DNA of 64,000 bases from Parachlamydiales bacterium (GCA_041661445.1 JBAZUK010000001.1:66027-130026), one strand, 5' to 3'. Numbered from the stretch's first letter, positions 36,837-46,936 are shown. Translations and numbers: made by a program. The notes: generated by a model from the sequence alone, not told the origin.

Positions 36837-37253
36837 ATGGAAGAAATTTTTCATGAAAAAGCTACTTTTAATGCCAAATTAACAAATCTTTATCAGATCC
36901 TGATATGGATCAATGAAAGAATAGCCAAATATTTGCCTGAAAGAGATTTAGATAGAATTGAACTTGCTGCAGAAGAAGTTATAGTTAATATCATTTCTCA
37001 TGCATATAAAAATAAAAATGGAAATATTCAAGTTCAAATTTATGTAAATCAATGCATAAATTTGATTTTTAAAGATAAAGGGCCAAAATTTAATCCTTTA
37101 ATAAAAAAAAATTTTCATAGAAGAAAAAATGTTAAAAGAATTGGAGGTGTTGGAATATTTCTTATTCTCCGATTAGCAGATGAAGTTCAATACCAAAGAA
37201 AAGATGATGCCAACATCTTGATCTTAAGAATGAAGCGAAATATTGAATATTAA
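36837..37253 (+). CDS. rsbW: anti-sigma-factor serine kinase, RsbW/SpoIIAB type (HATPase_c)
   Basis: 138 aa. N-box AAEEVIVNIISHAY and G-box KDKGPKFNP...GGVGIFLI are present. Confidence 0.75.
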   Translation: MEEIFHEKATFNAKLTNLYQILIWINERIAKYLPERDLDRIELAAEEVIVNIISHAYKNKNGNIQVQIYVNQCINLIFKDKGPKFNPLIKKNFHRRKNVKRIGGVGIFLILRLADEVQYQRKDDANILILRMKRNIEY

Positions 37254-37269
37254 AAAATTGGAGGAAGAA

Positions 37270-37701
37270 TTACTGATTCTTTTCAATTGCAGTCAATGTT
37301 GCTTGAGTTTCCAACATATCTAAAAGATAATATTGTAAAACTTTAAGCACATATTTTGGCGTATTATAAACACCAGAGGTAGTAAATACAACTTCCAAGG
37401 AAATTTTATTTTGGGCATTCAAAGCGATAAGAACATATGTAACTGGTTCTTCTTGTTCACTTTTTGGAATAATCCAAACTAAGAATTGTTCATTAAATAA
37501 AGTGACTTTCTCCTGACTTTCAACTACATGAAAATACTGAGTTAAGTCTTCTGGATCATCTATAATTTGATCAGATTCATTTAATAAATTCAATTCATGA
37601 AGAAGGGCCAAATCAACATTAATAATCCCATCATGCGCTAAATCTGCAAGATTGGCTGAATATTGTTCATATAACTTTTCTATTTCACTTGGGTTTAGCA
37701 T
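37270..37701 (-). CDS. conserved hypothetical protein (CT550 position)
   Basis: The ORF-track start is TTG 37734. ATG 37701 (MLNPSEIEK...) is preceded by GGAGG 10 nt upstream, so I prefer it. Acidic protein with no recognised motif. Confidence 0.45.
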   Translation of the reverse strand: MLNPSEIEKLYEQYSANLADLAHDGIINVDLALLHELNLLNESDQIIDDPEDLTQYFHVVESQEKVTLFNEQFLVWIIPKSEQEEPVTYVLIALNAQNKISLEVVFTTSGVYNTPKYVLKVLQYYLLDMLETQATLTAIEKNQ

Positions 37702-37935
37702 TGGGTTAACGCCTCCATAAAATTCTTCCCCCAATTTGTATTTTATCCATTTGCAAGTACCTATGTCAAGAGTTGGTTTTACAATTAAATATATTTTTAT
37801 TTTATCTTATTGAACTTAAAAGGGTTTTATAAATAAAAAAAATAATTTTCAAAATTATAAAGATAAGATTTTTTGTTTGTCATATAATTAGAAAAAAAAT
37901 AGTTAGATAAGACGTTTATTTATAAGAGGTTCTAG

Positions 37936-39117
37936 ATGAGATTTTTGTTTATTGGTTTGTTTTTTTATATTTCTTCAGTTTTTTCAAATCCTTTAGAATT
38001 AGACATAAATGCTAAAAATGCTATTCTCATAAATGCTAAAAATAATCAGGTTGTTTTTAACAAAAATGCTTTCGACAAAGCTTATCCGGCAAGTCTCACC
38101 AAAGTAATTACTATTTGGTATGTTTTAGAAAAATATAGCGATCTGCTAGACAAAACCTTTATTGCATCATCTACTGCTTTAAAAACTATTGATCCCCAAG
38201 AAAAAAAATTATCCAATTACAGCTTGCCCCCTTATACTTTAGAAAGCGACGGCAGTTCATTTGATGTGATTTTAGGTGAGAAGCTTAGGCTTAAAGATTT
38301 GCTTTTAGGTATGATGCTTCCTTCAGGAAATGATGCTGCCAATGTCGTGGCAGAATCCCTGGGCGGTTCAATTGATTCCTTTATTAAGGATATGAATATA
38401 TTTGTATCAAATAACAATATAAAAGCCACAACCTTATTTAATCCTCATGGATTACATTTTCCGGAACATGCAACTACTGCCAATGATCTGGCTCAAATAA
38501 CTAGGAAAGCATTAGAAAACCCCAAGTTTCTGGAAATATTTTCTTGTAAGGCCTTTGTCAGACCCAGAACAAATAAACAGCAAAGAAGGGAAATAACTAC
38601 ATTTAATAGACTTCTAAAACCCGGAAAAAATTATTATGAATATGCAATAGGTGGAAAAACTGGATACCATGAAAAAGCAAAGTATAATTTATTAAGTGTT
38701 GCTAAATGTGGCGATAGAACTTTAATTGCCGTTGTAATGGGATGTAAAAATTCAGAGCAAAGATATGAAGATACAAAAAAACTATTCGATGCTGCTTTCC
38801 AAGAAAAAATGATTACTAAAAAACTAGTTGAAAAAGAGAAAGTATATTCTGCAAAAATCCCAGGCGGTTCAAAAATTTTGAAAGCAAAAATGCAAAATGA
38901 CCTGATCTTGGAATATTATCCTTCGGAAGAAACGCCTTATAATGTAACTATTTTTTGGGATGATGTTAGCCTTCCAATTAAAAAAGATCAAAAAGTGGCT
39001 TCTATGATTATTAAAACTGCTGATGGAGAAGAGATTAAAACTGAAGGTTTATATGCAGTCGATAATGTTAAGAAATCTTTATTTTATATAATCAGAAATC
39101 TCTTCTCTAAGGGATAA
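37936..39117 (+). CDS. dacF: D-alanyl-D-alanine carboxypeptidase (low-MW PBP, S11 family)
   Basis: Signal peptide and all three active-site motifs: SLTK (SxxK), SGND (SxN), KTG. Confidence 0.88.
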   Translation: MRFLFIGLFFYISSVFSNPLELDINAKNAILINAKNNQVVFNKNAFDKAYPASLTKVITIWYVLEKYSDLLDKTFIASSTALKTIDPQEKKLSNYSLPPYTLESDGSSFDVILGEKLRLKDLLLGMMLPSGNDAANVVAESLGGSIDSFIKDMNIFVSNNNIKATTLFNPHGLHFPEHATTANDLAQITRKALENPKFLEIFSCKAFVRPRTNKQQRREITTFNRLLKPGKNYYEYAIGGKTGYHEKAKYNLLSVAKCGDRTLIAVVMGCKNSEQRYEDTKKLFDAAFQEKMITKKLVEKEKVYSAKIPGGSKILKAKMQNDLILEYYPSEETPYNVTIFWDDVSLPIKKDQKVASMIIKTADGEEIKTEGLYAVDNVKKSLFYIIRNLFSKG

Positions 39118-39915
39118 AAAATTTTCGAGACTTAAGTCTTCTGCCCGAGCATTTGGATTGATCCTTAGCTTTAACAACGTATTTTGTGTTGTTTTTGGAT
39201 TTAAATAGGGTTTTAAGCAGGAAGCCAAAGTTTTTCTTCTTTGTGAAAAACACAATCTTAGCATTTTAAAAAAAGTATTATGATCATGTTTTTCTAAATC
39301 GGACTTGAGATTAAATTTTATTATAGCTGAATCAACTTTTGGTTTTGGAAAAAAACAATTTCTTGAGACTTGGGATACTATTTGCAAATCCGAATAAAAT
39401 TTTATTAATACAGAGAAATAATTATAGCCTTTTGTTCTTGGCTGAGAAATTAAACGATTGGCAGCTTCTTTTTGAACAAGAAGGGTAATAGATGAAAATA
39501 ATAAGTGATTTTCTAAAAGCTTACTTATGATGGGAGTAGTTAAATGATAAGGAATGGAGCTAATTACCTTAAGTTTTTTATTAAAATTTTTTAGAAAATT
39601 AAAATCCATTTTAATAAAGTCTGTGTTAATTACAGATAATTTACTATTGTTCAGATTATTCAAAAGATTTGCAAAGGCATCATCTTTTTCTACAGCAACA
39701 AGTTTTTCACATCTGCCTAAAATTTCATTTGTTAATACTCCAGGCCCAGGTCCTATCTCTAAAACGATGTCCTCATGAGTTAACTCAGAAGCTTCAATCA
39801 TTTTATCTAATGTATTTTTATCTACTAAAAAATTTTGAGATAGGGCTTTTTTCGGTTTAATGTTAACCGAAGATAAATAATCTAAAAGATCTTTTGGTTT
39901 ATAAAGCTTCATCAT
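39079..39915 (-). CDS. rsmA: 16S rRNA (adenine1518/1519-N6)-dimethyltransferase RsmA/KsgA
   Basis: Contains LSQNFL and the SAM motif VLEIGPGPGVLT, plus IPYHLTTPI. The 3' end overlaps the convergent dacF by 39 nt. Confidence 0.9.
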   Translation of the reverse strand: MMKLYKPKDLLDYLSSVNIKPKKALSQNFLVDKNTLDKMIEASELTHEDIVLEIGPGPGVLTNEILGRCEKLVAVEKDDAFANLLNNLNNSKLSVINTDFIKMDFNFLKNFNKKLKVISSIPYHLTTPIISKLLENHLLFSSITLLVQKEAANRLISQPRTKGYNYFSVLIKFYSDLQIVSQVSRNCFFPKPKVDSAIIKFNLKSDLEKHDHNTFFKMLRLCFSQRRKTLASCLKPYLNPKTTQNTLLKLRINPNARAEDLSLENFLSLREEISDYIK

Positions 39916-40961
39916 TCAAGTGTAAAAGGAACAAAGTCTTTTGTGATGATCTGGCTTTTTTCCACATGATATAATTTTTTTAGCTTTGTGAAATATCTTT
40001 CAGACTCTTCATATAATGCTTTTTGCAGCAATTGATCTTTGAGGTTCTTTGACATTTCATCAAAAGATTCTGTTAGCTTTTTCTCATAGTTTTTTAAATA
40101 AAAAATTCGATAAGAATTATCTTTAGAAGTTTTATTGCTCTGATTGATAATCTGGCTATAAGAGTTTTTTTGCAGACTGCTCAATATTTTCTGGTTAGAA
40201 GAAGAGATTTCCTTATTTGTTACTGTGTAAAGTGGTGAAATTGAGATCTTGCAATTTAAAAAGTTTTTTTCAATGTCCTTTAATGATGATTCAAATTCTA
40301 TGGGATCAGAATTTTTTTCTTTTAACAGCTCAAATACTTTTAGAGATGCATCAGACGATGTTTTTTCATCATTGGATTTGATTGAAACGATGTTATACTC
40401 CCATGTTTCTTTTGGAGGGTTTTCATTACAGTATAATCTATAAGCATTTCTGATAGCGCTTGGAGTTATGGATTGATCAGCTTTTGATTTAATAAAAAAA
40501 TACATCATTCTTTGAATGATCATTTCTTCTTTTGTGATTTTCAAAGCTTCTTCATGAGTTAGATTGATTTTCTGCAAATTGGTTAATACATTAGGGCCAA
40601 ATCTCGACTCAATTTCTTCTCTAAGTTCAGCATCTGTGACCTTCAATTCTTTTTTGCTGGCATCAATCAGAATTAATTGGTTGTTTATTAATTCATCTAA
40701 AGCATGCGGCCAGCCTGTAATATAAAATTGATATCTTGCTGAATTGGAATTGATTAAATCCGGATATGCTCTATTAAAACCTATTTCTAATTTTTTCATC
40801 ACATCATACGATGTGATGGTTTTGTCTGCTACTTTTGCAAGAACATTATTGTTAACTTTAATAGAAGCATTCATTTCATAAGCAGGCGGTTGAAAATTAT
40901 TTGCTGCTGACAAGGATGAGCCGATAAATAAAATAGTAAAAATATATAATAAAAATTTCAT
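39912..40961 (-). CDS. periplasmic chaperone-like protein (SurA N-terminal-domain-like, no PPIase motif seen)
   Basis: Signal peptide MKFLLYIFTILFIGSSLSA, then VLAKVADKTITSYDVMKKLE...NQLILIDASKKELKVTDAELREEI, which resembles SurA/PpiD N-domains. Overlaps the rsmA start by 4 nt. Confidence 0.4.
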   Translation of the reverse strand: MKFLLYIFTILFIGSSLSAANNFQPPAYEMNASIKVNNNVLAKVADKTITSYDVMKKLEIGFNRAYPDLINSNSARYQFYITGWPHALDELINNQLILIDASKKELKVTDAELREEIESRFGPNVLTNLQKINLTHEEALKITKEEMIIQRMMYFFIKSKADQSITPSAIRNAYRLYCNENPPKETWEYNIVSIKSNDEKTSSDASLKVFELLKEKNSDPIEFESSLKDIEKNFLNCKISISPLYTVTNKEISSSNQKILSSLQKNSYSQIINQSNKTSKDNSYRIFYLKNYEKKLTESFDEMSKNLKDQLLQKALYEESERYFTKLKKLYHVEKSQIITKDFVPFTLE

Positions 40962-41034
40962 GTATTTATTTTTTTTTATGGTTTTATAAAAATAATATCA
41001 AAATGTTAAATTTTAATAAAAACAAAACAATTCT

Positions 41035-42159
41035 TTAATTGCTTAACACCGCAGCAAAAAATCCATCATGTAAACCTTTTTCAGGGAAAGAAGAAAATGT
41101 TTTTTCAATTTTCAAATTATATTTTTTTACAAAATAATCGATCTGATTTTGATTTTCATCTATGAAAATGCTACAAGTAATATATAAAATTTTTCCATTT
41201 TTTTTTAAAAAATTAATGCCTTTGTCAAAAATTTCTTTTTGTAAATCTGTTAGTTTCTGTAATTCATTTAAGTTAAATTTCCATTTTAAATCCGGATTTC
41301 TTCTAATTGTTCCAGAACCGGAACAGGGTACATCAAGAATAAGCCAGTCCATTTTTTGATTTATTTTGTTCAATTCAAGAGTTGGTTTTATTTGAAAGTT
41401 TTTTACTGCAGCCCTTTTAAGTCTTTTTTTTGCTTCGATTAAAACATAATCTCTTTTGTCGTGAAGATAAATCTGATTGCTGTCAGTTAACTTATGAGCA
41501 AAAGATAATGTTTTTCCGCCGGATCCGGCACAGTAATCCAAAATATGATCTTTAGGTGAAGGATTTATTAGATCAGCAACCAATTGAGACGCTTCATCTT
41601 GGATTTCAAAAAGTCCATTTTTAAATTCTACTGAGTCAAAAAAGTTAATTTTTTTGTTAAATTTTATTCCGTAAGGGGATTTCTTACATTTTTCAACTTC
41701 ATATTTTACTTTTAACAGATTATATAAATCGTCGCGGTTAATCTTCAGAAGGTTAGCTCTTATCGTAGTGGGGGCGGTATCATTTGAGATTAGACAGAAT
41801 TCAATAGCCTTTTCAAGAGAAAAATCATTTTTTAATTTTTCAAAATAATCTTTTGGAAAGCTCACTCTGATATGAGGTTCGATATTCTTGTCTTCTAAAT
41901 GGTTCAATGGTTCAAAAACGTCTAGATTTTCAATCCTTTTTTCATTGGTAATAGGCTTCTCCAGTAAGAAATCTAAAAGACCCTTCCAACGAATAATTTT
42001 ATATAAATTTTCACATATGTCTTTTCGATCTTTTGAGCCGACGCTTTTATTTTTTTTAAAATAATTTTTTAAAAAAAGATCTAATGGAATATTCTTTAAA
42101 GAAAATTCATTTAGAATTGAGAGTAAGTGATGTTTTCTAAAAGATAAACTCATAAACAA
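41035..42159 (-). CDS. rsmB: rRNA cytosine-C5 methyltransferase, RsmB/Fmu (NOL1/NOP2/Sun) family
   Basis: SAM motif DYCAGSGGKT, catalytic LDVPCSGSGTIRRNPDLKW, and ITCS. Confidence 0.82.
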   Translation of the reverse strand: MFMSLSFRKHHLLSILNEFSLKNIPLDLFLKNYFKKNKSVGSKDRKDICENLYKIIRWKGLLDFLLEKPITNEKRIENLDVFEPLNHLEDKNIEPHIRVSFPKDYFEKLKNDFSLEKAIEFCLISNDTAPTTIRANLLKINRDDLYNLLKVKYEVEKCKKSPYGIKFNKKINFFDSVEFKNGLFEIQDEASQLVADLINPSPKDHILDYCAGSGGKTLSFAHKLTDSNQIYLHDKRDYVLIEAKKRLKRAAVKNFQIKPTLELNKINQKMDWLILDVPCSGSGTIRRNPDLKWKFNLNELQKLTDLQKEIFDKGINFLKKNGKILYITCSIFIDENQNQIDYFVKKYNLKIEKTFSSFPEKGLHDGFFAAVLSN

Positions 42160-42245
42160 TTTAAATTAATTTTGAAAAAGATTATATCTAATATAGAAGA
42201 AAATACATAGAAAAAATGGATTAAATAAATCCAGAGGTATTGATA

Positions 42246-42731
42246 ATGGTTAGAATAAAACAATCTTTTGCTTCTCTTGGAAGAGTTTTGTTAAGTTCAA
42301 TTTTTATTTTGTCTGCAATAAATAAAATTTTACAGTGGCAGCAGACAGAAAGCGGGTTGATCAATTTATTTTGTGATTGGCAATCATATGTAAGCGGATC
42401 TGATACATTGTCCAGAATGTTCTCCACTTTGGTTACTTGGGCTCCTGAGATTTTAATAACAATGACGGCGATTGAATTGATCGCAGCGCTTTTAGTGTTT
42501 TTTGGGATAAAAGAAAAATTTGCAGCTTTTCTGCTAATTATTTTCTTCATCCCTACAACTATTTTGTTGCATCCATTCTGGTTCTTTGTCGGCTTAAAAA
42601 AGGCTCAGCAGCTGGTTATGTTTTTGAAAAATTTTGCGATATTGGGAGGTCTTTTCATGTTGATGGTTTTTGGTTCCAAAGTCAGCGGAGGTTCTTCTTT
42701 TCAGGATAAAAATGCCGGTGATGAAGAATAA
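42246..42731 (+). CDS. DoxX-family integral membrane protein
   Basis: Four hydrophobic segments. N-terminus SLGRVLLSSIFILSAINKI resembles the DoxX opening. ATG 42246 has an AGAGG SD 8 nt upstream, and the ORF-track TTG 42240 is too close to it. Confidence 0.5.
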   Translation: MVRIKQSFASLGRVLLSSIFILSAINKILQWQQTESGLINLFCDWQSYVSGSDTLSRMFSTLVTWAPEILITMTAIELIAALLVFFGIKEKFAAFLLIIFFIPTTILLHPFWFFVGLKKAQQLVMFLKNFAILGGLFMLMVFGSKVSGGSSFQDKNAGDEE

Positions 42732-44370
42732 TTATTGGTTTTTTTTTATTTATTTCGCTATTAGCTTCTTGGTTGTGGGGTTTTCTCAGCCGGCTTGGAA
42801 TGGTTTTTTCGGCTTTTTTGCGGCTTGTTTGGGCTACCTTCTTTTTTGGTTTTCAATATCAAAATTTAAAAGTAACTACCGTAAGAGCTTAACTGCTTTT
42901 TTTTGGTTTTTTATTGTAGGTGCTATACAACTTTCCTGGATGACATCGACAAAATATCAAGGAAATTTAATTTTATTAGTGTATTTTTCTCTTCTATTTC
43001 TTTTTGCCCTTCAATTTGCTCTAATTTCTTATCTGGCTTTAAAAGATCAGAAAATTACATTCTTAAAAATATTTTTTATAGCGTCCATATGGACCATTTT
43101 TGAATGGTCGCGGTTATTTATTTTATGCGGTTTTACTTTTAATCAGAGCGGGCTTTCTTATGCGAATAATTTTTATTCTCTTCAGTTAGCTGCAGTTGTA
43201 GGTATTTATGGTTTAAGTTTTTATGTTATTTTTTTAAATTTGATTGGCCTAAAAGCTATATTCGAAAGATCTTTATCAATACTCGCATTATGGGGCGTGC
43301 TGGCGATTTTCCCATACTTATATGGTTATTATCATATAACCACCAACGAAAATAAATTTACAAAATCCAAAAACATTGATGTTTGCCTAGTTCAGACCGC
43401 TTTGCTTCCTGAACAGAAGATTTTAACAAAAAATTATTTTGAAAATTATATTTCCCCATTTGAGCAATGGGTAAATATAGTTAAATTGATTAATAAATGT
43501 GATTTTAAAAAAGTCGATTTGATTGTTTTTCCGGAAGTGTGTGTCCCTTATTCAGCCCATGATTGCTTTTATCCTTTTGATAGTGTAAAAAAAATGTTTG
43601 AATCCAAATTTGGGAGAGATGTTCTTTCAAAACTTCCTTCCTTAAAAGCCCCTCTTGCAGAAAATAGAAATAATGTTTGGTATGTATCAAATAGTTATTT
43701 TGCTAAGTCTTTAGCAAATATTTACAATTCTGATATTGCTATCGGTCTAGAAGATTTTGATGAAGAGTCTAATAAAGTATATAACGCAGCTTTTTGGTTT
43801 TGTCGCGAGAAGGATTCTTTTAAAAGGTATGAAAAACAAGTACTAGTCCCGATAGCTGAATATATTCCATTTTCTTGGTTAGCTAAGATTGCTCTAGAAA
43901 AATATGGCATTGCTTCTTCATTTTCTCCTGGAAAAGAAAGTAAAATATTTTCAAAAAAACGTTATTCATTCTCTATATGTTATGAAGAAACTTTTCCTGA
44001 AATTATGAGGAAAGCCAGACTAAAAGGCGCTAAGTGTTTTGTTAATCTGACCAATGATGCATATTTTTATAAATCTAAGCTATCTAGGCAGCATTTTGAT
44101 CATTCAAAAATGAGAGCGGTTGAAAATGGAATTCCTTTGATTAGAGCATGCAATACCGGAGTAACTGCCGCTATAGATTCTTTTGGAAGGACGTTAGCTT
44201 CGATAGATTCAGAAGAAGAAGCCAAGGCTGTTTTTATAAAGTTGCCTATGTTTTCTTATCATACACCCTATTCATTATGGGGGGATAAATTTATATTAGG
44301 TCTATCATCTTGCGCGATTTTAGTATATTTTTTAAGATTTAAAAAAAAATCAATTACTAAGGACTCATGA
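42712..44370 (+). CDS. lnt: apolipoprotein N-acyltransferase
   Basis: N-terminal multi-TM domain plus a C-terminal nitrilase/CN-hydrolase domain (VFPE..., ICYEETFPE, NLTNDAYF). ATG 42712 is preferred over the ORF-track start 42670. Ends in TGA. Confidence 0.85.
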   Translation: MPVMKNNYWFFFIYFAISFLVVGFSQPAWNGFFGFFAACLGYLLFWFSISKFKSNYRKSLTAFFWFFIVGAIQLSWMTSTKYQGNLILLVYFSLLFLFALQFALISYLALKDQKITFLKIFFIASIWTIFEWSRLFILCGFTFNQSGLSYANNFYSLQLAAVVGIYGLSFYVIFLNLIGLKAIFERSLSILALWGVLAIFPYLYGYYHITTNENKFTKSKNIDVCLVQTALLPEQKILTKNYFENYISPFEQWVNIVKLINKCDFKKVDLIVFPEVCVPYSAHDCFYPFDSVKKMFESKFGRDVLSKLPSLKAPLAENRNNVWYVSNSYFAKSLANIYNSDIAIGLEDFDEESNKVYNAAFWFCREKDSFKRYEKQVLVPIAEYIPFSWLAKIALEKYGIASSFSPGKESKIFSKKRYSFSICYEETFPEIMRKARLKGAKCFVNLTNDAYFYKSKLSRQHFDHSKMRAVENGIPLIRACNTGVTAAIDSFGRTLASIDSEEEAKAVFIKLPMFSYHTPYSLWGDKFILGLSSCAILVYFLRFKKKSITKDS

Positions 44371-44450
44371 TATTTTGAAATATAATCTTTGTCAAAAAAT
44401 CTTTATTTGTGATTAACTTTTTTTTAAATTTCAATTTTTTTTGAATTATT

Positions 44451-45353
44451 ATGAAAATCACAAGTTTAATGCAGAGTTCTTTTTATCAATCAATTTTTTC
44501 AGAACTTCCAAAAGAACATGAATATATTCAATATAGACCATATGATTTTGCAATATTCGATTTGAAACTGACTAGAGAGGTGTGGAGTAAAAAAAATAAT
44601 TTTGCCCAAAAAGTCTTATGCTCAATTGTTTCAGCTATTCATGAGTTTGTTTATCATAAATGCTTTAAGCTAATCATATATAATTATCATTCTTATCAGG
44701 AAAACCTTAAAATTTGCCTAAAAAACAAAAAAATTCAAGAATTGAATGAGCAGATACGATCTCTTAGATCTTCAAAATTTTTTTTAGTGAAGCATTATTC
44801 TATGGAAATAACAAAATTAACTGGTTTAATGCTTGCTTCTGCATTAGTTCTGTATGCTTTGGGTTCAGCATTTTTATCAGCAGAAAATTATGTTTCAAAA
44901 ATAGCAGTTATTAATATGAAAGTACCCACGACTATTCGCTTGGTTTCTAAAAGGACTGGGGAAAATATAGTTATTCCATTAATGCATTTTGCTGAGAGAA
45001 TTTTTTTGTGGATTGAACGAGATATCGTTGAGCCATTAACAAAAGCTGCTTCGAATACGATTGGTAAAATTGGTTTCGTTGCTGATAAGTTAAATCCAAA
45101 TTATTCTGAAAATCCGATGTCAGCCGATTCTACTCAGCAAACAGTTAATTCAGAAACTGTCAAAAATGTTGTTTTGGAAGAAGTGCCCATAAGTCAAATT
45201 CAATATAGTAAAGACCCTTTTACCTGCCCTAGAGTAAATAGAATCCATACCCATTCTGCTGTAGATTTTAGTTTATGCAGAAGGAGATCTTCAGTGATTA
45301 TAGAAATTGACATGCCCTTTAGTGAAATTGAGACTTCTTGGGATAATATTTAA
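44451..45353 (+). CDS. hypothetical membrane protein (lineage-restricted)
   Basis: 300 aa with a single central hydrophobic segment, LTGLMLASALVLYALGSAFLSA. No recognisable domain. Lies between lnt and lpxC. Confidence 0.4.
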   Translation: MKITSLMQSSFYQSIFSELPKEHEYIQYRPYDFAIFDLKLTREVWSKKNNFAQKVLCSIVSAIHEFVYHKCFKLIIYNYHSYQENLKICLKNKKIQELNEQIRSLRSSKFFLVKHYSMEITKLTGLMLASALVLYALGSAFLSAENYVSKIAVINMKVPTTIRLVSKRTGENIVIPLMHFAERIFLWIERDIVEPLTKAASNTIGKIGFVADKLNPNYSENPMSADSTQQTVNSETVKNVVLEEVPISQIQYSKDPFTCPRVNRIHTHSAVDFSLCRRRSSVIIEIDMPFSEIETSWDNI

Positions 45354-45368
45354 TTTGTTTATTGACTC

Positions 45369-45418
45369 GCATAAGATCTTTTTTGTTTTTTTAATTTCCA
45401 AAAAACTTTTTCTTATGC
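45369..45418 (+). terminator. long AT-rich hairpin downstream of the 44451 ORF (possible terminator)
   Basis: Outer stem GCATAAGA (45369..45376) pairs with TCTTATGC (45411..45418). Inner stem TTTTTTG pairs with CAAAAAA. No clean 3' T-tract follows. Confidence 0.3.
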
Positions 45419-45602
45419 AGTGCGGCAGTAAATTGATTATTAAAATATATTCCAGTGCTAAGTTCTTCATAATTTGAATTAAAAAAAAGTATTGTTATAA
45501 GAACTTTGTTTATTATCTATTTTTTCTTGATCAAAAAAATAAAAAAGAGTTAATTTAATATAAAATAAAAAATCAATCCAATCTCTATTTTTAGGTGGTA
45601 TT

Positions 45603-46460
45603 TTGGTCGATAATAAAGACTTGTTTCAGAATACTTTAAAGGCGAATGTTTCATTTTCAGGTATAGGATTATTTACTGGAGAAAAAGTAAATATTTCGAT
45701 TTTTCCAGCAAAAGAGGATTCGGGAATAGTATTTAGAAGAATTGATCTTCCGGAAAAACCTATGTTTCCGGCTAAATTGGAAAATGTTAAAGAAACCGAT
45801 AGAACAACATTTTTAGGCTTTGGAAAAAAAAGCATACAAACTGTTGAGCATATCCTCTCCGCATTAAGGGCATTTAACATAGATAATGCCTATGTTGAAG
45901 TTGATGGAGCTGAAATTCCGATCGGCGATGGCAGCGCAAATGTTTTTGTTAAATTATTCCAAGAAGCAGGAATAGAAAGACAATCTAAGAAAGCGGAAAT
46001 ATTAAAATTAGTTGAACCGTTATATTTTAATGAACAGCATGTGCACATTATAGCTTTGCCATCAGACGAATTCAGGATAAGCTTTGCGATACATCATCCG
46101 ACTAGTGATTTATTAAAATCTCAGTATTATTCATTTCTTGTTCAAAAAGATTTGTATATTCAAGATATTGCTTCTTCAAGAACTTATTCTATTTATGAAG
46201 AAATTGAGCCGCTGCTTAAAAATAACCTTATGAAGGGTGGATCATTAGAGAATGCTGTTATAATTAAAGCGGGAAAGGTAATGAATCCTGAAGGGATGAG
46301 ATTTCCAAATGAAATGGTAAGACATAAAGTTTTAGATATGATCGGAGATTTATCTTTAATAGGTAATAGATTTACTGCTCATATTATTGCCGTACGTTCC
46401 GGCCATTATGCAAATATTTTATTTGCAAAAAAATTAATACATCAACTTAAGAAGAGCTAA
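45603..46460 (+). CDS. lpxC: UDP-3-O-acyl-N-acetylglucosamine deacetylase
   Basis: TTG start. Contains GIGLFTGE, TVEHILSAL, MRFPNEMVRHKVLDMIGDL and SGH. Confidence 0.92.
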   Translation: MVDNKDLFQNTLKANVSFSGIGLFTGEKVNISIFPAKEDSGIVFRRIDLPEKPMFPAKLENVKETDRTTFLGFGKKSIQTVEHILSALRAFNIDNAYVEVDGAEIPIGDGSANVFVKLFQEAGIERQSKKAEILKLVEPLYFNEQHVHIIALPSDEFRISFAIHHPTSDLLKSQYYSFLVQKDLYIQDIASSRTYSIYEEIEPLLKNNLMKGGSLENAVIIKAGKVMNPEGMRFPNEMVRHKVLDMIGDLSLIGNRFTAHIIAVRSGHYANILFAKKLIHQLKKS

Positions 46461-46462
46461 TT

Positions 46463-46918
46463 ATGAATACAAATAATACAATATTAGACCATAGACAGAT
46501 AGCTAAAATCTTGCCTCACAGATATCCGTTTTTGCTTGTTGATAAAGTAGTTCATATAAATTTGGAAAACAATGAAATTGTTGGATTGAAAAATGTTACA
46601 ATTAATGAAGAGTTTTTCCAAGGACACTTTCCAAATGTTCCGATAATGCCTGGCGTATTAATTATTGAAGCTATGGCTCAGACAGGTGGAATTTTAGTTC
46701 ATCAAAAGGGATATGTTGATAAAATTGCCGTATTATTAAATGTATCTGAAGCAAGGTTTAGAAAACCAATTTATCCTGGTGATGTAATATTTATACATGC
46801 AAAAGCTATTCATATTAGCAGCAAAGGCGGAAAAATCAATGCAAAAGCTGTAGTTAATGAAAATGTGTGTGTTGAAGCGGAATTGAGCTTTGCTTTAGTT
46901 GAAAAACATAAACTGTGA
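46463..46918 (+). CDS. fabZ: 3-hydroxyacyl-ACP dehydratase FabZ
   Basis: Contains LPHRYPFLLVDKV, FFQGHFP and PIMPGVLIIEAMAQ. Confidence 0.95.
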   Translation: MNTNNTILDHRQIAKILPHRYPFLLVDKVVHINLENNEIVGLKNVTINEEFFQGHFPNVPIMPGVLIIEAMAQTGGILVHQKGYVDKIAVLLNVSEARFRKPIYPGDVIFIHAKAIHISSKGGKINAKAVVNENVCVEAELSFALVEKHKL

Positions 46919-46936
46919 AAAAATAAACAATAAAAA

